From a virus (Duplodnaviria; Caudoviricetes), in IMG/VR virus record IMGVR_UViG_3300012983_000001, positions 32,001 to 96,000 of that record: 64,000 nucleotides of DNA; one strand, given 5' to 3'. A program made the position numbers and the translations under genes. Position 1 is the stretch's first letter, and each line of letters begins with the position of its first letter. Positions 20,073-29,410 of the stretch are shown piece after piece. Under the pieces are notes generated by a model. That model did no database searches. It was not told the origin of the DNA and saw only the letters and a program-made list of their open reading frames with translations.

Positions 20073-20395
20073 TGGATTTTAAAGAACAGTATCAGAGTTA
20101 TGATAAGACTCTTAACGATTTGAAGAATCAATGTGCAGAAGCCGAGAAGCAGGCAATTATTGCAGAAACAAATCTGAATAACTTGCGCAAGCAAAGAGAA
20201 CAGCTTATCGAAGAATGCGAAGCATTCGCTGGTGTATCAATGGGACAGGTCCCTGAGATACTTGCACAGAAAAAGGAAGAACTGGATGCTATCATGGCAA
20301 AATTATCTGCCATTGATGTTACTGGTCCAATTACACAGGATAAGCTCGATGCAATCAAGGCAATTACCGATGAATTCGCAGTACCTGTAGCGTAG
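20072..20395 (+). CDS. Small coiled-coil protein of the SbcCD-like operon
   Basis: Heptad pattern; translationally coupled (TAATG). Confidence 0.75.
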   Translation: MDFKEQYQSYDKTLNDLKNQCAEAEKQAIIAETNLNNLRKQREQLIEECEAFAGVSMGQVPEILAQKKEELDAIMAKLSAIDVTGPITQDKLDAIKAITDEFAVPVA

Positions 20396-20404
20396 GAGGC
20401 TTGT

Positions 20405-21115
20405 ATGAGTATAGAGACATTTGAACAAACCTTGAAACAGTTAGAAACAAATGTCATCATTGCTAAGCAAAACGAGGCTAATTTGCAGAAAGATATTGCA
20501 AATATTAAGCTACATGCGGCTAATTACGAAGAAATGTGCCAGAACTTAGAAAAGGTTATTGTTATATTAACTCAGGCTGCTACAGCTTCCAGAGATAATG
20601 CCAGAGCCCACTTTGAGAAGATAGTTACAGATGCATTGCAATTTGTAACTCAAAGTAAGGATTACGAATTCATTGTCAAAGAGCTACCAAATCGCGCTAA
20701 AGCTTCATATGAATTCTATATCAAGAGTACAGTTAATGGTGTAGAATGCATTCAGAAACCAGAAGACGCTAATGGCGGTGGCTTCGTAGACATTATCTCT
20801 GTAGCTTCTAAGTATGCATATAGAGAAATATTTAATGACCCTAAGATTATGAGTGACACATTGCTGTATGATGAACCTGGTAAAATGGTATCTGAGCAAA
20901 TGTCTATTAAGTTTGCTGAGTATATCAAGTTCCTTGGGAATCATTATGGAAGACAGACAATCATGATTACTCATAATGAGCACCTTTCTAATGTTGCAGA
21001 CAAGACATTTGTGGTACGCAAGGGTAATGATGGTATAAGTACCGCAACGGAATTAACTTCTGCAAGTGTAAGCTTTGATGATGTGGAGGGATTATTTGAT
21101 GAAAATCTCAATTAA
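20405..21115 (+). CDS. C-terminal half of SbcC/Rad50 ABC ATPase
   Basis: Signature ANGGG, Walker B LLYDEP, H-loop MITHN; no Walker A. Confidence 0.88.
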   Translation: MSIETFEQTLKQLETNVIIAKQNEANLQKDIANIKLHAANYEEMCQNLEKVIVILTQAATASRDNARAHFEKIVTDALQFVTQSKDYEFIVKELPNRAKASYEFYIKSTVNGVECIQKPEDANGGGFVDIISVASKYAYREIFNDPKIMSDTLLYDEPGKMVSEQMSIKFAEYIKFLGNHYGRQTIMITHNEHLSNVADKTFVVRKGNDGISTATELTSASVSFDDVEGLFDENLN

Positions 21116-21833
21116 AGACAGAGGGATGCTTGTAGCTATTGAAGTAGATAGTCATCCCACTAAAAAGCAGGCTTTAAAGCTATTTGAGTCTATGTATGAC
21201 ATGTACAAAGATTTTGTTGGCGATGAAGATAAAGTTGTTGCTTGTGATGATGAATGCAAGGCAGCATCAGAACCTGCTGTAAAACCTGTACAAGTTGCTA
21301 GAGATGATTTTAATATTAGACAGCGTTTGCCAAATAACGTTGTCGACATTAAAGAGCTCGATATTAAGCAGGCAGTAACCCAAAAGGCATTGGTGCGTTG
21401 TCCAAAATGTGGACAGGCGCATTGTCTAGCTGTAAATTCTGGACAAAAAGTTTATCTTATGGAGCGTAATTTCAGCACTGACGACTTTAATGTTATTGCA
21501 GAGTTTGACTCCTTAAATAGTCAGGATTTTGCTGATGTATGCTGTACAGAGAATACAGATAGACTTGCATATTTCAATGATTTGCAGAGTGCAGAAGTTA
21601 TTAGTCGCGATGATTTTGCTGCTGATAACGATACAGAATTATTCTGTCCTGTGTGTTGTTCGTCGAATGCATTCTTCTATTGGAAAGATGCATTTGAAAC
21701 GCCATTAAAGTATTTTGAAACAGAGCACCTTTGTGATGTATGTGGCGGTGAGAAAATCGAAAGATTTATCAAGAAAAAACATGTACATCAGTGCGATAAA
21801 TGTGGTCATCAGACCGATTATAAGGAGGAATAG
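21099..21833 (+). CDS. Multi zinc-ribbon protein
   Basis: CPKC, CPVC, CDVC, CDKC. Confidence 0.75.
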   Translation: MKISIKDRGMLVAIEVDSHPTKKQALKLFESMYDMYKDFVGDEDKVVACDDECKAASEPAVKPVQVARDDFNIRQRLPNNVVDIKELDIKQAVTQKALVRCPKCGQAHCLAVNSGQKVYLMERNFSTDDFNVIAEFDSLNSQDFADVCCTENTDRLAYFNDLQSAEVISRDDFAADNDTELFCPVCCSSNAFFYWKDAFETPLKYFETEHLCDVCGGEKIERFIKKKHVHQCDKCGHQTDYKEE

Positions 21834-21836
21834 ACA

Positions 21837-22124
21837 ATGGCTAAAACGTTGCAAGAAGTGTTGAACACTGACCTGTCACCAGACAAGATGGGAGATTTTA
21901 CCCCAAATGAGCTTGCAGACTTTCTTGTTAAGAATGGTATTGTAAGCAATGCTGCGGATGTTAATCGTCTTGTTATTGAAGGAATTCAGAGAGCATTACG
22001 CGATGATGATGAATTCCCTATTCGTTATTACGGTAAAGACGAAGAGATGTCTGAAGAAGGCAGAGCTGCTGACCCAGGCCCATGTTTAACCGATGAGTAC
22101 ATTGAAAACGAAATGAACTCCTAA
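21837..22124 (+). CDS. Hypothetical protein
   Basis: AAGGAGG RBS. Confidence 0.75.
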   Translation: MAKTLQEVLNTDLSPDKMGDFTPNELADFLVKNGIVSNAADVNRLVIEGIQRALRDDDEFPIRYYGKDEEMSEEGRAADPGPCLTDEYIENEMNS

Positions 22125-22132
22125 AGCAAGGA

Positions 22133-22156
22133 TAAAGCCCCCTGACGGGGGCTTTA
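22133..22156 (+). terminator. Terminator-like hairpin
   Basis: TAAAGCCCCC-tgac-GGGGGCTTTA. Confidence 0.7.
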
Positions 22157-22179
22157 AACTATTTAATCGGAGGTAGCAT

Positions 22180-23388
22180 ATGGATATAGATACAGATGAA
22201 CTTAAAGCGTATGCCCCACTAATTCCATATGTCAAGCAATTCTACAAAGACAAAATTCAGATTGTTAGAGAGACTCAAAATGTAGCGTTTGCTCCTTGTA
22301 TATGGCATTCTGAAAAGACGGCTTCTTTGGCATTATTTGCTAACGGTAGTTATAAATGTTTTGGATGCGGGGAACATGGCGATGTGATTACATTAGTCCA
22401 AGACATTGAGAATTTACCATTTCAGGAGGCGTGTAAAGTGATAGGAGATAATGTTGGTTATGAAGTTATTCTTGAAGAACCTAATCCAGTACATGAAGCG
22501 TATAAAGATACTCTTGATAATCATACGAGAAGGTACTGGAGTAACTTACAGAATCATGGTGAGGCATTGCGATACTTGCTATGTGAACGTGGTATCTCAA
22601 AAGAAATGATTGATTTATTTCGTTTGGGATATACAGATGCAGAAGAATATAAGTATCGTACAGACATGGGGAGCATATCAAACAAGATTGTGTTTCCAAT
22701 TTTGGAACACAAGAGACGTAACGCAAAATGCGTTGGTATGGCGTATCGTGGACTAACAAACGATAAGCCGAAGTACATTAATGATGTTAACCAGGATGGA
22801 AGAGAAGGACAAGACCCACAACTTGCAGGCTTGTTCATCAAAGGTGATTTATTATATGGCTTACCTTTGGCGTATGAAAGTATTGCAAAGCAAGGTCATG
22901 TTATTTTGGTGGAAGGATATTTTGACGTAATTGCTATGCATCAAGCAGGCATTACAAATGTTGTTGGCTCTATGGGAACAGCAATTACTGAAAATCAAAT
23001 CAATGCTATAGCTAGGATTACAAAGAATGTAATTCTGTTTTTGGACAGTGATAAAGCTGGAACCAATGCTATGGTAAGATGTATTAAGGATTTATATACT
23101 GCTGGTATTAATGTTGCTGTTTGTATTATTGAAAACAATATGGACCCAGCAGATTTATGCAAAGCAATGAACTTTGACAGCACGGCGATTGGTATGGAGA
23201 TTAAATCTCATACAAAGCAAGGCATAGAGCTGGTTATCAATAGTTCAGTAGAGCGTTATGAAAATATCGCTACGATTGAAAGGACAAGAGCACTACGCAC
23301 TGCCATGCCAATTATTGACGCAGTTCAGGACAGTGCGATTAGAGAGCTATATAAATCCAAGTTGTTTAAGCGACTGGATATCATTTAA
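22180..23388 (+). CDS. dnaG: DnaG-type primase
   Basis: CIWH..CFGC zinc finger, PKYIN, VEGYFDV, MGTA, LDSDKAG, DPAD. Confidence 0.95.
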   Translation: MDIDTDELKAYAPLIPYVKQFYKDKIQIVRETQNVAFAPCIWHSEKTASLALFANGSYKCFGCGEHGDVITLVQDIENLPFQEACKVIGDNVGYEVILEEPNPVHEAYKDTLDNHTRRYWSNLQNHGEALRYLLCERGISKEMIDLFRLGYTDAEEYKYRTDMGSISNKIVFPILEHKRRNAKCVGMAYRGLTNDKPKYINDVNQDGREGQDPQLAGLFIKGDLLYGLPLAYESIAKQGHVILVEGYFDVIAMHQAGITNVVGSMGTAITENQINAIARITKNVILFLDSDKAGTNAMVRCIKDLYTAGINVAVCIIENNMDPADLCKAMNFDSTAIGMEIKSHTKQGIELVINSSVERYENIATIERTRALRTAMPIIDAVQDSAIRELYKSKLFKRLDII

Positions 23389-23398
23389 GGAGGTTTAT

Positions 23399-24280
23399 AT
23401 GGAAACACACGACAACGAAATGCAGGATATGTTAGAACACGTAAAGGAATTTGTTGGTGCAGGTGATGTTCAGGTTATCGGATTAGACGATACCTTTGGA
23501 TTCAAATGTCAACAATGTGGTCAGTGTTGTATGTACAGAGAAGACATTGTACTGAATCCTTTTGATGTTTACAATGGAGCTCAGTATTTGGGCATTACGC
23601 CATCAGAGTTTATTCAGCAGTACGCCCATGTTGAATTGGGAGCGGAATCTAAGATTCCAATGGTTCTGTTAAAAAGCACAGATAATGGCTTTTGTCCGTT
23701 GCTGAAATTCGATATTAAGGACGGCTGTAAGTTCAAGTGTATGATTCACGAAGCTAAGCCTGGTGCATGTGCTAATCATCCTATTGGCGTAATGCGTTCC
23801 CGTAAAAAGGACGAAGGTATGGACAAAGAAGTTATGACCTTTATTAAGGTTGACCAGTGTCCGAACAGTGTATCTGATGAGCAACAGGTTGTAAGAGAAT
23901 GGGTAAAGTCTTATCTTGACCATGAAGAAGAGATTGCATATGCACATCAGATGCAAACCATGGTTACAAATTATTTTGATACCAAAGAATTTTGGGCAAT
24001 GATTCAGAAACTGTTAGTATTTGCTCGTGGTGCAGAATCTGAAGAAATCATGGAAAAGTTCTTATCATTACCAAAGTCTTATATCGGTACTGTTATTGCA
24101 TTAGGTTATGCAGATTTTGATATCAACCAGCCATTCATTGAACAGGCTAAGGTAAATATCGAAAAGCTTGATGAGTTCTTTACGAAGACCAAAGAACTTT
24201 ATGACCATCTGAAGCTAGTTGCCGACCTTGCAGACGAACATGCATCAGAAGCTTTCAAACGAATTTTCAAGGAGGATTAA
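23399..24280 (+). CDS. YkgJ-family CxxCxxCC metal/Fe-S protein
   Basis: FKCQQCGQCC, CPLL, CMIHEAKPGACANHP; AAGGAGG before ATG 23399. Confidence 0.85.
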   Translation: METHDNEMQDMLEHVKEFVGAGDVQVIGLDDTFGFKCQQCGQCCMYREDIVLNPFDVYNGAQYLGITPSEFIQQYAHVELGAESKIPMVLLKSTDNGFCPLLKFDIKDGCKFKCMIHEAKPGACANHPIGVMRSRKKDEGMDKEVMTFIKVDQCPNSVSDEQQVVREWVKSYLDHEEEIAYAHQMQTMVTNYFDTKEFWAMIQKLLVFARGAESEEIMEKFLSLPKSYIGTVIALGYADFDINQPFIEQAKVNIEKLDEFFTKTKELYDHLKLVADLADEHASEAFKRIFKED

Positions 24281-24281
24281 C

Positions 24282-24683
24282 ATGGGAACATCAGTTGATG
24301 CAACATTGCATTTTGACCAACAGAAAATCAAGGATATGGAATCTTTGGTGGCTATCAATGAAGAGCTTAAGAAGCTTGAGGCCAAGAAGAAAGACCTGGT
24401 AGAGCTTGTTAAGCAACATATGTTAACTGCTAATATTGACAAAGTTGATGTAAACGGTAGCACAATCATGGTTACGGAATCTGAACGTAGAACCGTAACA
24501 AAGGCTACCAAGGACCAGTTTATTGCGGAGTTAGTAAGTATGAACAAGAAACATCTTGTTATTCATACGCTTGACCCAGATGTAGACAGCATCTTCGCAG
24601 AAGTAGATGCAGGTACATTGCCTAAAGACTTTGTTGATAAATATGTAAAAGTCTCTTCAGTAAAGACATTGCGGTGCAACTAA
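24282..24683 (+). CDS. Hypothetical coiled-coil protein
   Basis: AAGGAGG RBS before ATG 24282. Confidence 0.75.
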   Translation: MGTSVDATLHFDQQKIKDMESLVAINEELKKLEAKKKDLVELVKQHMLTANIDKVDVNGSTIMVTESERRTVTKATKDQFIAELVSMNKKHLVIHTLDPDVDSIFAEVDAGTLPKDFVDKYVKVSSVKTLRCN

Positions 24684-25237
24684 TGCTTGATGAGATGAAA
24701 CAGCATCTTTCTGCTCTGTCAATTCCAACAGAGCAGAAACAGTATGCCATGAACTTCTGCAAAAAGATGGAATATCTTGATTCGCTTCATAAGATTACAG
24801 CCCAAGAAGTAAATGAATACGTAGCTACTGGTTTTGGTAATTTCAATTCAAAGATATGTTTTGTATTTAAAGACAAGATTACGTATGAAATAGTACGGCC
24901 ATTGCTTCAAGAAACATTAGAAAAGTTTCATATCAACGCATGGGATATTTATGTAACGTTTGTCAATAAAACAAAAACTGAGTATAATAAAAAATACATG
25001 TTCCTAGTGAATGAGCTTCATGCTATTAATCCAGGAATTATGTATGTCTTTGATAATGATACAGTATTGTATGATACTATCTTGAAAGAATTCCAAACCA
25101 ATAATGTTACTGCGCCAGGAAAGCATTTCCTGGTTGATATTCAAAAGCTGGGCTCTTTAGAAGTTGAAGTACGCAAAGACTTATGGAATATATTCAAGTA
25201 TCTCATTAATTTTAAAGAAATCACACAGGAGGATTAG
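24674..25237 (+). CDS. Second, highly degenerate family-4 UDG-like protein
   Basis: GFGNFNSKICFV, LLQETLEKFHINAWDIYVTFVNK, FLVNELHAINPGIMYVF, KDLWN. Confidence 0.55.
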   Translation: MQLMLDEMKQHLSALSIPTEQKQYAMNFCKKMEYLDSLHKITAQEVNEYVATGFGNFNSKICFVFKDKITYEIVRPLLQETLEKFHINAWDIYVTFVNKTKTEYNKKYMFLVNELHAINPGIMYVFDNDTVLYDTILKEFQTNNVTAPGKHFLVDIQKLGSLEVEVRKDLWNIFKYLINFKEITQED

Positions 25238-25239
25238 TC

Positions 25240-25848
25240 ATGGACCAGAATTTAACTCAGCAACCGCAACAGGTTGTAGTTGCACAGCCTGTTATGTTTA
25301 ATCCAGCAGTACCACAACGCACATACACAAACCCTCAATGGAGCATTAAGGAAGATTGGTATACTCAACAGTGTAACAGTATTCAGTTATCTGACAGTCC
25401 TACACCAGCACAGATTCAGCAAGCTGCGTTACAGATTGACACATTGCTTACAGTGGCTCGTATTGATTATGCATTTGTTAGTCAGATGTATGATAGATAC
25501 AGTATGCAACTTAAGATTGAGGAAAAGCGTAACTTCGTTGACTTGAAGATTTCTCCGCCAACTACTTACAATACATTGAAGTTAACTGTTGACGAGATGA
25601 AGGGCGTTGTAACATCTGTTATTCAGAAGAACCCATGGGCAGGAACCAAATATTCATTGTATGAGCTTGTAGAAATGTCCAGCGGTAGAAACATCTTCAT
25701 GGAAGCAATCATTAAGATTCTTCAGGACAAGAAGGATTTGCTGATTACTCACAGCGGTATGCTTAAGATTGAAAACAGCTTAAGTGGTATGCAGTCTAAT
25801 GCACCAACTACACCACGTCACGGTTATAATAATGCAATGGAGGAATAA
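25240..25848 (+). CDS. Hypothetical helical protein (possibly UvsY-like mediator)
   Basis: AGGAGG RBS; long helices; recombination context only. Confidence 0.6.
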   Translation: MDQNLTQQPQQVVVAQPVMFNPAVPQRTYTNPQWSIKEDWYTQQCNSIQLSDSPTPAQIQQAALQIDTLLTVARIDYAFVSQMYDRYSMQLKIEEKRNFVDLKISPPTTYNTLKLTVDEMKGVVTSVIQKNPWAGTKYSLYELVEMSSGRNIFMEAIIKILQDKKDLLITHSGMLKIENSLSGMQSNAPTTPRHGYNNAMEE

Positions 25849-25851
25849 GAC

Positions 25852-26418
25852 ATGAGTTGTGCATATGAAAGTTCTTGTATGAACTACGGCAAGTGTTTCC
25901 GCTGCACAAACGAAAGTCTTTTGAAACTCAAGGGACAGAAAGGCCAGCGGAAAACCGCTGGTCTTTTTAGTACTCATGATAATAAAACAGCTCAGGCTGA
26001 AGATTCATGGAAAGACCTAGAACAACAAGTAGCGGATAAATTAAACAACATCCCGACCATGCAGGAAGCAAGACGCAGTCGAGCGTCTGGAGCCTTATGG
26101 TTTGAGAAGGGTGATATTGTTGACCGAATTCTCCATCCAGAATGTAAGGAACGTAAAGGTAATGAATTGAAGTCTGGCGAAAAATCTATCTCTATTAAGA
26201 GAGAATGGCTTGAAAAAGCCGCTGACGAATGTAAATTCGAAGACAAAACAATGTGTCTGCCATTCAGGTTCAAAGGCGACGAGAATATTTATTGCATCTT
26301 TAGGAACGACGATATCGCAGAGCTCATCACTATAATGAAAGCTTATATGCTAGATAACGAACTGAAGGACCAGGAAATAGCCAGACTAAAAACCATTATT
26401 GAAAGAAAGGAGAGTTAA
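25852..26418 (+). CDS. Hjc-like PD-(D/E)xK Holliday junction resolvase
   Basis: EQQVA, RRSRASGA, KGDI, ECK; N-terminal Cys cluster. Confidence 0.7.
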   Translation: MSCAYESSCMNYGKCFRCTNESLLKLKGQKGQRKTAGLFSTHDNKTAQAEDSWKDLEQQVADKLNNIPTMQEARRSRASGALWFEKGDIVDRILHPECKERKGNELKSGEKSISIKREWLEKAADECKFEDKTMCLPFRFKGDENIYCIFRNDDIAELITIMKAYMLDNELKDQEIARLKTIIERKES

Positions 26419-26419
26419 A

Positions 26420-27739
26420 ATGCCTCGTAAACCCGAATATGAAAAAGAGTTGCTTGCGTTAATCAAGCAACCACAAGGGACAGCTAATGCAGATGAGAAT
26501 GGCCAAGATACCCTTTCTCTTGTTAAAGAAATTATAACAGAGTATACTGACCCAGAAACAAATCAAACAAGTGCTGAGACACTGTATGTGTATCATAATC
26601 GTAAGAATGGTGGCATATATATTCCTGTTCAGAACATGCTGAAAAACTATCTTCATGCATCTATGGAAAATAAGAAGCTGTTTTCGCTTGCATATCCACG
26701 TATCATGTATGTGCGTTTGGAACATGATTATCGTAAGGATATGCAAAGCAAGACATTGCAACTTATGATATCTATTGATGGAATACAGGAATTTGTAAAC
26801 TCAAAACTACTTTGTAGCCGTCAGGCAAAAAAGGAAGAATTGTACGCATTACTCACTGAAACCATGAAGTCAATACATATTGTGCCTGTGTTGACAAATC
26901 CTGGTATAATGACTGAAAGTGGTGTGCAAGATATCTTAACAGTAAAGACCAGTGAAACTGTGACAAGTATATTACCAACAGATTTCGCAGCGCCACAAGA
27001 AGAAACATCGGCAATTCAGCAACCAGAAGAAACTTCAGAAGAACCAGCAACAGAAGAAGTTGCGACTGAACAAACATCAGAAGACGACTTACATGTCGAC
27101 ACAATGCTTCTTGGAATACCAAGTAAGTATATAGAAAGCCATGTTAAACCAATGGTAGAAATGATTCAGGCATGTTGTAATGCTGAAAGTACAGTACAGA
27201 ATCAAGCTAATGAAGTCGAATATTTAAGGTCAGAGAATCAAAGATTGCAGAAAGAGCTGGATGAAGTACTTAAAACACGTGCTTCAAGTAAACATATTAC
27301 ACATGCTGATACTGCTGGTGTTTTTGATGACATTGCAAAATTAAGTCACCATTGCCAGCATATACAGACTATTGTAGGTGATACTATACGTATATGGATT
27401 AATCTTGAAAAAGGTGTTGTGAATCAGCACGACACTGATGCACAGCAACAAACAAATCTTATATATGATGAGCTTGCAGTAATCATTGGACAAAGAGTGT
27501 ATAAGACTCAGGGATATGCAGGTTCTACATTAAACTATATTGTTACACAAACCAACTACGCTGTTGAGCTTCTACAAGCATGTTATCAAGTATTTGAGAG
27601 ACAAGGTTGTTTGAAGTATTTACTGATAGCTATTAAGGATTGTTTTAAGCTTAAATATTTAAACACTTCCATATACTATCTGAATCGGATGTTAAAGAAA
27701 CTGGATACTCCAATCCCGTTATTAAAAGACGAAGAATGA
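26420..27739 (+). CDS. Hypothetical protein with acidic linker and coiled coil
   Basis: AAAGGAG RBS before ATG 26420. Confidence 0.75.
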   Translation: MPRKPEYEKELLALIKQPQGTANADENGQDTLSLVKEIITEYTDPETNQTSAETLYVYHNRKNGGIYIPVQNMLKNYLHASMENKKLFSLAYPRIMYVRLEHDYRKDMQSKTLQLMISIDGIQEFVNSKLLCSRQAKKEELYALLTETMKSIHIVPVLTNPGIMTESGVQDILTVKTSETVTSILPTDFAAPQEETSAIQQPEETSEEPATEEVATEQTSEDDLHVDTMLLGIPSKYIESHVKPMVEMIQACCNAESTVQNQANEVEYLRSENQRLQKELDEVLKTRASSKHITHADTAGVFDDIAKLSHHCQHIQTIVGDTIRIWINLEKGVVNQHDTDAQQQTNLIYDELAVIIGQRVYKTQGYAGSTLNYIVTQTNYAVELLQACYQVFERQGCLKYLLIAIKDCFKLKYLNTSIYYLNRMLKKLDTPIPLLKDEE

Positions 27740-27748
27740 GGTGAATAA

Positions 27749-28933
27749 ATGAGTTACACTGCACTATATCGTAAGTACAGACCAACAGTCTTTGATGATG
27801 TACATGGGCAGTCCGCTATAGTGCAGACTCTCAAGAATCAGATTACATCTCATAGAATTGCACATGCTTACTTGTTTAGTGGCCCACGAGGAACTGGTAA
27901 GACCAGTATTGCAAAAATTTTTGCAAAAGCCATTAACTGTAAGTCGCCCGTAAATGGCAGTCCATGTTTACAATGTGAATGTTGTCAAATGAATAATACA
28001 GATGTTGTCGAGATAGATGCTGCATCAAATAACGGCGTGGACCATATACGAGAACTAATCGAGGAATCAAAGTATATGCCACAGCATGGACAATACAAAG
28101 TCTATATTATAGACGAAGTACACATGTTATCTTCTAGTGCCTTTAATGCCTTATTGAAGACATTAGAAGAGCCGCCAGCACATGTTGTATTTATCCTGGC
28201 TACAACTGAAGATTACAAAGTGCCTGCCACGATTACTTCACGCTGTCAGCGTTATACTTTTAGGTTGATTAACGACGTAGGTATCGTACAGGCATTACAG
28301 CAGGTTCTTATTCAGGAAAATATAGAATGGGAAACTGACGCTGCATTGTTGCATATTGCCAAGCTTGCACATGGAGGTCTAAGAGATGCCTTGAGTCTCT
28401 TAGACCAATGTGTAACGTTTGCCAATGGAAAAATTACCTTGGCATTAGTTAAAGAAGTGTTTGGAGAAATTGAGAATACAACACTTACTTGCATGGCAAA
28501 TGCAATTCAAACTAAGGACGTTACACAGTTGTTAGATATTATTGCCGAAGAAGAACAAAGTGGCAAATCACTAGCAAAGATATGTGTTGACTTATATGAA
28601 TACTATCGCGATATATACTTCAGCAATCCAGATGCAGATACAATAATTTATCAAAGATATATGAAAATTCTTGCTGAATTATCTGAGAAAATGAGGTATA
28701 ATAATAATCGTAGTATGTTCGAAATAGAAATAATTAAGATGTGTACTCCACAAATGGAAACGGATTATTCAGCATTGTACCATCGAATACAGCAACTGGA
28801 AAACATTGTTGAAAGATTATTAAATAATCAGCCAGTGTGTTATCAAAAGCCAGAGCCTGTTGATGAAAGTGAATTCATTTCATTTTGTGTTAAAGCACCG
28901 TATCATGTTTCTACAGAACTGTATTATATCTAA
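27749..28933 (+). CDS. dnaX: DNA polymerase III gamma/tau clamp-loader subunit
   Basis: LYRKYRP, GPRGTGKTS, EIDAASN, IIDEVHML, SRCQ, GGLRDA. Confidence 0.95.
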   Translation: MSYTALYRKYRPTVFDDVHGQSAIVQTLKNQITSHRIAHAYLFSGPRGTGKTSIAKIFAKAINCKSPVNGSPCLQCECCQMNNTDVVEIDAASNNGVDHIRELIEESKYMPQHGQYKVYIIDEVHMLSSSAFNALLKTLEEPPAHVVFILATTEDYKVPATITSRCQRYTFRLINDVGIVQALQQVLIQENIEWETDAALLHIAKLAHGGLRDALSLLDQCVTFANGKITLALVKEVFGEIENTTLTCMANAIQTKDVTQLLDIIAEEEQSGKSLAKICVDLYEYYRDIYFSNPDADTIIYQRYMKILAELSEKMRYNNNRSMFEIEIIKMCTPQMETDYSALYHRIQQLENIVERLLNNQPVCYQKPEPVDESEFISFCVKAPYHVSTELYYI

Positions 28934-28945
28934 AGGAGGATTAAG

Positions 28946-29410
28946 ATGAGCAACAGTATTAAGTTGAGCCCTAAACATGGGGTAAATCCAACCATGCCAG
29001 TTTGTTTCTGGTGCGGACAACCGAAAAACGAGATTGCACTGTTAGGTAAGCTTCCAGATGATGCGGAAGCACCAAAACATATCATTATGGACTATGAGCC
29101 ATGTGATGCATGTCGTGAAATCTTTGGTAAAGGTATTCATGTAATTGGTGTTACTGAAAAGCCAATGGTTCCTAACATGTTCCCGATTGTTAGTGACGAA
29201 CACAACACCCTTTACCCAAGTGGTTCTATGTTTGTTGCACGACCAGAATGGGCAGAAAGATTTCTTACTGCCAATGACCAGCAGGATATGGTTACGGATG
29301 TCTTAGAAAAGAAAGCCTTGTTGTTACCAGATGAAATCGTAAATGAAATCATTAAGGACGCTAAGGCAGTAGAAGAAAGCGAAGGAGGACAGGACAATGC
29401 AGATAATTAA
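28946..29410 (+). CDS. Zn-binding hypothetical phage protein
   Basis: SPKHGVNP, CFWCG, EPCDAC. Confidence 0.75.
   Translation: MSNSIKLSPKHGVNPTMPVCFWCGQPKNEIALLGKLPDDAEAPKHIIMDYEPCDACREIFGKGIHVIGVTEKPMVPNMFPIVSDEHNTLYPSGSMFVARPEWAERFLTANDQQDMVTDVLEKKALLLPDEIVNEIIKDAKAVEESEGGQDNADN

Noticed and set aside
27749-28933. dnaX gamma/tau programmed frameshift
   Set aside because: The gene is gamma-sized, ends cleanly, has no A-AAA-AAG site at the end, and the next ORF has its own strong RBS
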